Program-made: the position numbers and the translations under genes
Shown: positions 53,549 through 64,000 of the stretch, one piece after another
Layout: every line of letters begins with the position of its first letter
Numbering within the stretch: the stretch's first letter is position 1
Notes under the pieces: model-generated
Seen by the model: the letters and a program-made list of their open reading frames with translations, nothing else
What the model was told of the DNA's origin: nothing
Database searches by the model: none
Source of the DNA: Amphiscolops sp. MND2022
Taxonomy: Eukaryota
Assembly (NCBI GenBank): GCA_964187785.1
Contig: OZ076409.1
Span: 91,142,001 to 91,206,000 of the forward strand
Direction of reading: 5' to 3'
Length of the DNA: 64,000 nt

Positions 53549-54620
53549 TATTAGTTTTTTCGCAATTTTGGAGCTAATGAGGCGACTGATTGTTGTATGA
53601 ATAGAGGTAGAATGAATTCACTGAAATTCCGTGGAATGCCGAGTTAGGACAATTTCCCGGGTTTCCCGTTCGGCGGCAAATACTTAGGTTAATCGTCCCG
53701 ATTCATCGTAAACTTTCCCGAATGGCTTTTCCAGCGGCATTCCTTCTTTGAATTTCAGGTGTCGGCCTACTCACCATCATCCTCTTAAGTGGTAGCGAGA
53801 TGAGTTTTCAAGTTGACATCAACAAATAACTTCACTTCAAGTGGGTAATTAACGGGTTGTTTGCCGGTAGTTAACGACTCGCGTTACCTAGCTTTCTCAA
53901 AATGGCTCCAGCCAATCAGGAACTCTCGTTGATGAAAAGAAAAATGAATAGATAAATGAATAAATAAAATGGCGAAAATCATAACTAGAGTAACCCAAAA
54001 TGGCGAAATTCCAATCAGGAGTAACTGGGATAACGGAACAAAACAACAAAACAAAATAAGGTAAATGGTCATAATCGGCCACTAACTAAAATCAAGTTGT
54101 AACTAACGAATGCTCTCTGTACATTTCGCTGGCAGACTCCATGTACAATTTTAAATATGTAAATAATCATAGAATATTAGTCTGGTAAATCTCTTCAGCC
54201 ACGAACTCCAACTTTTCATTCTCAATAATTACATTAACAAATTCCTCTGACATCTGTATTTGTTAAATTCATACCATTCATACTTGTATTCCTGCTGCTA
54301 CATACATCCATATCCGTTCCCAGCTCCGTTATTGTCTCGTCTTTCTACGAGGACATCTTGTGCTTCCCTTTCTCTCAGCCGTACCCGGCCTGACTACACT
54401 ACTCCCATCAGCTGGGTCCAAATAGTTACCTTGGTGACAGCGGCTCAAAAGGAACATGTCTTCAAATTCAGGTTGGTCTGGATTTTCATTATTGAACTAG
54501 TTTAGCTTGATCAGGGCTAGACTATGTTCATATCAGCTTCCTGTTTCCAATAGCAAATACGTGATAACATGTTTTCGTTCAAATTTTCAAATCACTTCCG
54601 GAAGGTTTCTAACGCGGTAA

Positions 54621-57600
54621 ATGGATTTCTTTCAAGGAAGCTCACCGCCTACGTTCATCTCTTTCTGTTTAGAAAATCAGAATGAAGATGATCAAAAAGT
54701 ACCAGCCAACACCGAGGAAGGCATACCTGCTCAATTCAACCAAGTGTCGACCCAGATTGTCCTTTCAGAGAGTGCGCCAATCTCGGCCCTTTCTCCTCCT
54801 TCTTTCCACCCGACACGGAACTTATTCTCTCAGGTTCAGACTGCTGTTGATTCCCCTTTCAGCACTGACAGCAACGTAGATGTGACGGCCTATGCTACTG
54901 AAATGGTGCAACGAATGGAGGCGGCTCGAACAGCCTCAGAAGATATAACAAGTCAGGCTGCTACAGTATTCCCCAAGGCAACGGGAATTGTATATGATTT
55001 AACCCCCAGTCCACCCGCAGATCCTAGGAGGACCAGTACACCAAAATCTGGCAGCCAACGCCCAACTGAATCTTCAAATCTGTCTCAGCTTGAAATGAAT
55101 TTGAAGATTGTTGAGACCACAGAGACTGGGTTCCCTGAGTTACAGCCCACAACAAATGCTTTGAAGGAGATTGCCGGGGCTTCCTTATTTCAGGCTGAGG
55201 AAGATTCCTCCTCGACCTTCAGCGGACCTCCTCCACTTCCTGGAAAACCGGCCCAATCAACCAGTTGTGGAAGTGACATTGATACTTCAGGGGAAATGTC
55301 TGGGCTGGACAACCTCCCTCCTCTCTATGGAATTGCCCCAGGATACTCTGAGCTCGAATCTGAAAAAGGTACCGAAACGGAACTAGAAGAATGCCTCAAC
55401 AACCAGCCTGGGACATCCAGAATGACCCTTGAAGAGCCATTGAGAGAACTACCAGGGCGCAGTCGGGCTATCCTGAAGCAGTATTTTGAGGCGGAAAACG
55501 CATACACCTTCCCAGTGGGTCACAGAACTGTAGCTTTCACTGAGCCACAGATATACCATCTGTTGCGTGTTTTAACAGACGAGGCCATTAATATGACTTG
55601 CTCCACTATGGAAAGAATGGTCATTGGAGCCGTAAAGGGGACACCAGCTACTGCTCCTTCAAGGACAAAACATTTCCTAACCCGGACACGTGCCCAGACT
55701 CCCAAGCCTATGCAGTCAGGAAATTCAAGCTCCGAGGAAGCCATAACCGACCCCGGACAAGATTCAGAAGCTCATGGAGATTTTAGTGCACTGTTTGAGG
55801 TAGGGGACATTTCTATGCCGGAAGACAGCGATAGTTCAGGTGAGATGGCTCTGATAGCTGACACTTTTAGAAAGTCGGCCTTCGATGGTGCCGGAATTGG
55901 CCAAAAGCCACACCTACACTCCAGTTCAGCAGTAGAAAGAATTGAGTCGACAGGTCACAGTAGTTTGGACGCCACGCTATCTGAACTGAGGGACCAACCC
56001 ATGTCACGAAAATCATCATTGAAGAAGCCCTGCAAAAAGGTGGTTCGACCCAAAAGAGCTTCAAGGCGAGGGGTGCCCATGCGAGAGGAATTCTTCTCGA
56101 AAATCAGCTGGACACGATCGTTTATTTCAGGTCCAGCAGATCCACTGCACAACCCGCACATGGTTTGGTGCCACATGTGCAAAAAGAATTTCTCAATAAA
56201 GACAAAAGGAGTAGTCGAGATCCTGAGACATCACAGGACAGAAAGGCATCTGCGCCGGGACCAGCGTTGGCGCTATGAACATCTTAAGAGCGTGGACCCG
56301 GTCACAGGCAAAATTCATCATAGAGTTAGAGGTAGGAACGGGAAGATCCTCAGCAAGGCGGAACTAGCTCAAGAATTACCAAATTTCATCCACACTGAAC
56401 TTATTGATGTAGGAGAAAGATTTCCTTTTTATGAGGACTATCTCAGAGGAAACACAGCCGCACTGGTAACTCCCCAATCCCGGGATAGGACCCAAATTCA
56501 CCTCATCGGAGATTTCATCCACAGACAGGGAGACATTGCTGTGCTCCGAAATTTGTGGTCACGAGTTGGGTCTTTCACTGAATACCAGGCTGCTTTCCGT
56601 GATTTCGATTGGAGTGAAGACAGAATAATGGTAAGCATATTTTGTTCGTCCTGACTCATTGTCGGTATACGCGGATACACTCATACATATATATGTAAAT
56701 ATTTAGGCCTTGTCCGTGTATATAGGCGTTGGACTTGCGGATAATATTTGTATTGCCCATTTTAGGCCATATTCCAGCACATTTTCAATTGTGTCATGGA
56801 AGATATTGCCGAACATGTCACTTCTTCTCAACACTACTCCATTGAATTTGAAGACAGAGGGGCAAATCGACTGATGTCCCTGCGCTTCTGGAAAGGAACA
56901 AAGCTGTGCAGAGTTTTTATTTGCCGAAGTGCACTACCCGCGTCTGAACTCTCAGGAGAATTTGGATCCTTGTCCCGGCTATTATCAGTAGTGTCGACCG
57001 GTCCGGATATGGTCGCTTGTTCAGGTTGTCCCGTGGACTTCATTCGGACTATTGATCACCACTCCTCCTACTCCTACGGGATCCAAAGCTGCTTCCGCTT
57101 TGAATTGCTCGACCTGCAACTACTGATGCACAAATTTACCTACAGCGTGTTTGGGAGGATCGACATGTTCTCTGTACTCCAGTGTCTCTTAGTCTTTCTT
57201 GGGGGGTCTACCACCGAAGACTGGGTCCGAGGAACTCCCGAATTAACTCGTGTTAGTATCTCTTGTTTTACTGCTGTAGGAGGATAGAAAGGTATGGGTG
57301 GCAGTCAAGGTATACGATCTGTCTCTTAAAATCATGCTTTATTTAGGCTATTACCACTTGCAAGCTGGAAGTGGACAGGCTCCCTGATTTGTGTCGAGAT
57401 CTACGTAAGCGATGGAAGCAAATCCTCCGCTATCTTTCACTCCACTCCCGACTTCAGGAAAACCAAGGGGTACACAACAAGGTCCAGAGCTTTGAGTGGT
57501 CCTTGATTTCCGATGACTTCTTCGCCGTCCGACTGGAGTTTTTTCAATGGCTCGTCAGTGACTGTAAGTATACAGCTCTCTTGAGTATTTCTGTCATATG

Positions 57601-58796
57601 TCCGGGCTTGAGTATTTTGGTTTTGTGTTTTCAGACGTCTCGAGTTTTGTCACCAACCTTGCACGCAGGCGGGATGCTACCTTCCATCTTTGCGGGGAGG
57701 TCTGCAGGTTCATAAGCCGACTCTGCTTCCGCGTATACCAGCCTGACACCGTCCCCCTTGAAAGCGCCTGGTTCCATCTCCTAGATTTCAGGGTCAGCGA
57801 CGGAAAGTTCTTGGAGGATGGCGAATTTCTCATAAGGCTCAACATGACGAATAAAGTTACTGCCGCAAGCAACTTGAAAGCCGCTGGACTGCACTTCAAT
57901 AAGAAGTCAAGTAAGGCAGCCATTGACAAAACGGCTGAGACGGCCAAAGCTGATTTCACCAACAGTGCAAAGAAGTACATTGAGTACCTCCTGGGAGCTG
58001 TTCTGCAAAATCCGGGTCTCAGTTCGGACCCCATTAAGGGATTAGCAGCCTTCGACCCTTATATCATGATGAAAAGACCAACCGAAGTGGCCCTTCGTCA
58101 TTTTGGCATTTTATATTCAACTTTCCAATTGCACTCTTGGGTTACAGCAGCGAATGAGGCTCTATGCCGGGACCAGTACCTAGCCTTACTGGACTATCTT
58201 CGGACAAACCATGGTTCTGCCCCTAGTCTTGCCTTAGAGTCGTTGGACCTGATAGACTTCCTCATGGGGCTTGAATTCCTCCAATCGAACGAGCATATCT
58301 TCCATCTCTTCAAGTTATGTTGTTTGTGTCTTACGTCAGTCAGCCCTCAGTATCCAAGTGTGTTCATGGGAATATAGATACTACAGATTTCCAGTCTCGA
58401 GTAGCGGACGTAATCCTGCCCTGTCAGAGCTATCTGTCTGAGGTCACCGATTCCTTAGCTCTCTGTTGTACAGAAGCCAGTCTTGACAAGTTCTCCCTCC
58501 TTTCTGCTTCATTTGGCCAGTCTGGGTTCTCTGCCGATTACGATCCTTGGACTTATGTGGATACCTTCGGCCGCTCAGTTATTTACAAGTCTCTCGTTTC
58601 TTCTCATCGTTCTGTTTCCTCGGGGACGGAAGTACGTTCTAAATGTGCAGTGGCAGCCGATATTTCCTCCGTCAAAGATGTGCCAGCTGTCCAATTGCCT
58701 AGTGACCGTAAACGAAGGCGAATGGATAAAAGCCAATCCCGTTCGAGGTCCTCCTCTGTAGTGATGGAACCCACAACTAGCAACTCTAAATCTTAA
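54621..58796 (+). CDS. Antisense accessory gene, copy B: 4 exons, ~1290 aa, BED-like finger plus inactivated hAT-like transposase; one frameshift at ~58370
   Basis: Exons 54621-56630, 56766-57251, 57347-57563 and 57635-58796 splice in frame via GT-AG (phases 0,0,1). Motifs VWCHMCKKNFSIKTKGVVEILRHHRTERH, YSIEFED, MSLRFW, RWKQILRYL, IKGLAAFDP and HIFHLFKLCCLCL. Confidence 0.85.
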
Positions 58797-59043
58797 TTGT
58801 GCATATGTATATTTGTACAATCAAATTGAAAACCTTGTCATTTTCCTGTTTTGTTGATTTGTCTATATTATTCGTTTCTTTCTCTTGCTTTCCTTGATCC
58901 CATATTTATTCTTTTGTAAGGGATTACCTTCGAGTCCCATTATTTATTCAAAGATACCGTTGCTTGGGACTAGAAAAAAACAAAGAAAAGAGAGATATGA
59001 TTCAGGGCTTGTTTCCTGAACTGAACTCGATTTTCAATTTTCT

Positions 59044-62000
59044 CTAGTATCTGAAGTCTTCTGAGTAGTTTGGGTTAGGGTTAGGCCTGAGATTATATTT
59101 CCCTCCTCTAGGGCTCAGACTTTCATTTCTAGCATCATTCTCCGATATTTCGGGCACGATAATATCATCCCCCCTATTTGGAGAGGTGTTTGCATCATTT
59201 TCATTCAACGAATTTCTCTCTGAAAAAATTTCATCATTTTTCGGTCCACTTGCCGTACTCGGTAAAGATTTTTCTTGGTTTTTCGGTGAAACGGCCGGAT
59301 TCGGCCAATCAGATTTGTTATTTTCTGTCACTGCAGTAGCTTCATTTCTTTTAGTGACGTCATCATCTAAGCGTTCATTCCGGTTGTGTGCCGCGTTGTC
59401 GTTGTTTAATTCTTCTCGCGTGATTATGTAATCCGCTTCATTCTCGTCTACGTCATTTGTATTCGTTTCTGCCGCGTTCGGCTGTTCGACATTCGGTAAG
59501 CTAGTCGGAATAGGCGCACTGCCTCGTGTAATTAGCTGCTCGCCAAAGTCGGTTTCCCACGTTATGATATATAAATCATCTTGCGGAATGATAATTTCTT
59601 CGTCTGGCTGCAACTGTTGTTCTCGGAAATTGTCCTCAAGCGGTTGATTAGGGACAAACCTTTTAAGGCGAATGCGATGTAAAATTTGAGTTTTGTTCGT
59701 ATTAATCCGTCGCACTATATAGTTTTCATTCGGCAAGACTTTTTGGACTACGAATGGTCCAACCCAACGGTAATCACGGAATGGGATTTTTGATCCTTGA
59801 TTGTCCGCTTTCGGCTGTAAGACAAAACAGTATTCTTTCTCCTTTAATGGAGCGGCTTTTGCTTTGCGGTCGTAATATTCTTTGTACTTGATATACGACT
59901 GCATTATGTTCTGCTTCGTTTTGTCAATCAAGATTTTTGTCCGATTTTGGATCTCTTCAGCAAATTCGGTTGTGGGATTGATCTGCTCGTTTGGATTATT
60001 TCCAAGCTTGTGATCCAGAATATTGTGAGGAATTCTGCCATGGAATACCCTTGTTGGCTCACAACCGATGCTGGCATGATAACTGGTATTATAATTAAGT
60101 ACTGCTAATGGCAAGTATTTATGCCATTGTCGGCGGTATTCCCCACATGCCATTTTGAGATTTGTCTTTAATGAGGCATGGGTCCGCTCTAATTTGCCTA
60201 TTGTTTGCGGATGCTTTGTTGTTGCACATTTGAGTGTGATGCCCAAAATCTGCGTAACCTCCGCAATAATCGTAGAAGTGAATGCAGTACCCTTATCAGT
60301 AATAAGAGTTGTTGGTAGATATGCATGCTTGGTCATTATGTCAATGCGCGCTCTTGCCACATTGATTGCTGATGCGTCCGTAAGAGGGTAAGCGAACAAA
60401 TATCTGGAGAAAACATCAATTGCTGTTAGAACGTTTTCATACCCTCCACTTGGGGGAAGATTCGGCAATAGGTCAATTTGCATGGCGTCTTCAGGTCCAA
60501 GGTCCCGTTCGGGCAAATTGAGCAGCTCAGGTGTGATTGTTGCGTTATGGACTCTTTCGTCTCTGGCACATTGTTCGCACCCTTCTACCCACTTTTTGAC
60601 GTGTTTAGCCATGCTAGGGTAGTAATACCTCTGTCTAATTTCCTGCAACATTTTGGAAATCCCGGGATGTTTATGCGCTGTTCCGTGAAGGGACTGAAGC
60701 AATTCCCGAAGTAGGTGTTGCGGGAGCAAAATTTGATGGTATTTAACATTCCCTGTTTCATCAAAATATTGCCTCGTCAGGATTTCGTCCTTGAGTACAA
60801 TTCGTTCCAGATTATTTGCATAGTGTCTATATCGGGTATCCTGTTGCAGTATGTTTTCTGAAGAGTCTTCATGAAGGAGCTTTGCCTTCAATTGTTGCAA
60901 AACTGCATCTTTGGACTGCTCGATGATTATCTGGTTTGTTTTCTTGAATCGGACTTGAATGTCTGGTTGTTGTTTGACCAGATTGGTTGACAGAGTTTGT
61001 ATGGTAACAGTGGGCTCATCAGTCATTGGATTTTTCCTGATTGTTTCTTTTCTTGCCCAATACTGTTCCTCTGTCTCGTCATCATCATTCGTATAGAATA
61101 TTTGTTCTTCCTGTGATACCCCCGCAGATTGGACATTTATCTCAATGGGTAGAGTTTGCACGTCCTCACGGATTTTCATGACTAATTTATCCTTCGGATC
61201 TGCCTCCAATCGGGACAAATAGTCAGCTGCTGTGTTCTGTGCCCCCGGGATATGCGCTATGACAAAATTGAACTGAATCACATAATCACATGCATTCCAC
61301 AGGGCTGGGGGTATTATTTTCGTTTGAAAAAATCTCGTCACAGCTTTGTTGTCTGTGAGGATAATGACCGGTTTGGGCGCACCCCAGAATGTATGCCCAA
61401 ATTCTTTGAATGCAAAATAAATTGCAAGAAACTCTTTGGCATATATTGACATCTTGATCTGGGCTGGGGTGAAGGTTTTTGAGCCATATGCCACCGGTGC
61501 ATAGGATTTTCGGAGAGATGTGAATTTCTGGTTCGGATCGTCTTCTATTAAGACCGCATATCCAGCTGCACCAAAACTTGCGTCAGTCATTAGTGCTATC
61601 TGTTTGTTCGGAATGGGTTGTTGTAGGGCCAAGTCGCAACATTTGTTTAGCGCCCTATTGATTTCTTCGAATTGTTGGACTAATTCTTTCGATACTAGGA
61701 CTTTTTCGTCACTTTTGAGCAGCTTGTAGAATGGAGCAAGGCGTTCGGAGAGTCTTGGGACATAATTCCTGTAATAGTTTAGGAATCCCAAATAGCGCTG
61801 TAAAGCTTTTTTCGACTTTGGGAATTTGGTCTTTTCCAAAAAGTTTTGCACGTTCTGTTTCTGAGGTTTGACGCCTTGTGGGGTAAAAGTCCGTCCGAGA
61901 AAATCAATTTCTTTTGCACCGAAGTGACATTTGTGCATTGTCAACTTAAGGCCTGCTTCCTGAATGCATTTGAACGTGGCTCTCAGGTTCGTCATGAGGT

Positions 62001-63801
62001 GATCAACATCATTGGCTGCGATGCCGATATCGTCCACATACTGGGCACACTGATCCGCTTTAATGACTTTGTCGAGGTATTCTCTCATGAAACTCGAGAA
62101 TGCGGATAGTGACCGACTAAGGCCTTGTGCCAAGCGTCTGTAAGCGAATGTGCGACTGGCAAAATTGAAAGCCAACATTTCGATTGAACGTTGGTCAGCC
62201 ATTGGTAGGCAGTGGTATGCTTGCGAACAGTCTAATTTACAGAACAGTTTTTTGCCTGGCAAGTGTTGGGCAGCATCAACTAGTGTACTGACGGGATGAT
62301 TGTTGTTGATATAATCATCTGAGATGAGGTTGTTGATTTTTCTCAAGTCAACCAAGAGTCGGAGTTTCCCGTTCGGTTTCTTCTGTGCAAATATTGGACT
62401 CGCATATTTCGAGAACGGTAGGGTGGTGATGATGCCATATTTGTGTAACATGGCTAATTCGACTAGGATGTCCTCCTTCAGATTGATAGGAGCTGGAAGG
62501 CTTTGACTATAGGCTGGGGAATCGTCCTTAGGTGTCAGTTTCACTTTGAATTCCTCGTTCATGCCTATATCAAATCGGTGTCGTGCAAAGATGTCATGGA
62601 ATTCCACTAACAAGTCCTCAATTTTCTCCTTCTCTTCAGGAGTAAGGGTGGAATCTTTCCAGTCAAAGTTTTCTAAGAATTTTGCACGCGATTCTGCATC
62701 TGTGGTGGGGTCGAGTGTCTCCAGGTCCTGTAAGGCCTGTAACTCGCGTAGGATTCGTTTTTGTATAGGTGTGTGTTCCTCAGGATTTCCAGGGTTTTCT
62801 GGAGTTGGGAACCAATAATTTTCGGAGTTTTGTGGATTTCTATTGGTTTTGATGAGACTGCTGACATAATGGGCTGCTTGCTCCTGGTCATTCTGCAAAA
62901 GGTGCCAGGTTGATGCCGGATCTACCGGTTTGACATACTTCATCTATTCTGGCGTCATGACAGAAAAATTGGCAATATGTAGTCCCTTTTTGAGTTTATA
63001 AGGGTGGTCTGTGAAATTGTTCACTGGTATCAATATATTGCCATCATTCAGAGTGACCAAAGCTGGGCAAAATGTGATGTCGCCTTCCTCATGTAGAAGG
63101 TCGCTCGGTTGCAAAATTCCAGTGACAGCATTCTCAGGGTAGAGTAGGGAATTGGTCCTAATTAGGACTTTATCATTTGGTGGAATGGTTATCTCAATAG
63201 GGTTGAGAATTGGCTCTAATACATTTGAATACTTGTGATCAGCTGTTTTGAGCTGCATCGAAAAGAACGGGAAATTCAGTATCCCTTGTCTCATGTCCAG
63301 CACTGTATGGTTTCTTTGAAGGAACATTAGTCCAATGATCGGACCTGTCAGGTGTTCCATCACTATGAAGATTTCATGGAACTCAATGTCACCAACTTCG
63401 AATTTGAGCTCGATGGTACTCTTAGGAGTTTCCAGTTGCCCATTAGCGACCATGATTTGGAAATTCGGAGGCGGACCTTCCCGGATAACGGATTGTGGAG
63501 ATAAAAGTCGGATTTTCCGGAGGTCCATTTCAGGAATTGCACTGGACAGCGCTCCAGTGTCAATGAGTCCATCTATGGTCAATTCCCCAAAGTCCATTGG
63601 GAAATACAACATGCGTTTCTTGCATTTGAGGTTGATGTTGGTTGACAGGGGTATACAGTCTGGTTCGCCGTCTCTGGTGATTAGGACATTTTGGAACTGT
63701 TTCTCGTCTAGGAGTGATTGTGGCATGGGTTCAGCATTGTTGTCATGGGTCTCGGTCCCCAATGGGTTTGGGAACACTGGATGGTTTGTGCCATCATTCA
63801 T
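59044..63801 (-). CDS. pol: Gypsy pol of element B (PR, dUTPase-like spacer, RT, RNaseH, IN), one premature TAG at 62944-62946
   Basis: LIDTGA; AQYVDDIGI; MTDASF; HGTAHKHPG..CEQC; TAIDVFSRY, ITDKGTAF, KLERTH. TPE*MKYVKP here versus TPEQMKYVKP in element A. Confidence 0.95.
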
Positions 63802-64000
63802 TTGCCAGTTTTCAATTAATGCTCTGGTCTTCTTATTGTGGGTGATTGGAGGGTTCTCGTGGACTGACCGATTGTAGTGTTCGATATCATCTAGAACGTA
63901 CTGGAATTGCAGTAAATCTTGGTTATAAATCTCGGTGTCCCAATAGGGATCTCTGCCGTAGTCTGGGTCGATGTACGTTGGATTGTAATTATCAACCAGG

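Larger units (their letters stand above)
51156..64000 (-). mobile_element. Gypsy element B (near-intact pol, accessory module, candidate 3' LTR 54355-51156); continues beyond the window
   Basis: pol has a single in-frame stop. LTR end ..gttcatgaCA at 51156. Purine tract GAGAGAAAGGGAAGCACAAGA is followed by TGTCC at 54355. Confidence 0.9.

Noticed and set aside
59186..63877. Plus-strand ORFs overlapping pol (also 45390-50858)
   Set aside because: Antisense shadows of pol codon usage with no independent motifs.

Overview
AT-rich eukaryotic (probably invertebrate animal) DNA made almost entirely of nested, partly decayed mobile elements; I see no ordinary host gene. 0-11 kb: two convergent, paralogous C2H2-finger/tyrosine-recombinase genes (one intron-split and preceded by a SET/post-SET exon), a FLYWCH-like ORF and a 26-bp minisatellite. 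11-24 kb: a LINE with a (TAG)105 tail, a Ty1/copia relic and an internally deleted BEL/Pao element. 24-64 kb: three highly diverged, oversized Ty3/Gypsy elements (here C, A, B; B is inserted into the gag of A), plus an unrelated class I fusogen (env) relic. All three Gypsy elements share an unusual 3' module. It consists of (i) an antisense gene of ~1300 aa, with introns at conserved positions, that looks like a BED-finger hAT transposase lacking its catalytic residues, (ii) a divergent ~250-350 aa CxxCGK ORF with SIM-like motifs inside a candidate 3-4 kb LTR, and (iii) gag translation starting inside the LTR. Copy C also has phased 33-bp motif arrays. This module is the best candidate for an undescribed system. 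All protein family calls are from motif reading by eye; no searches were run.
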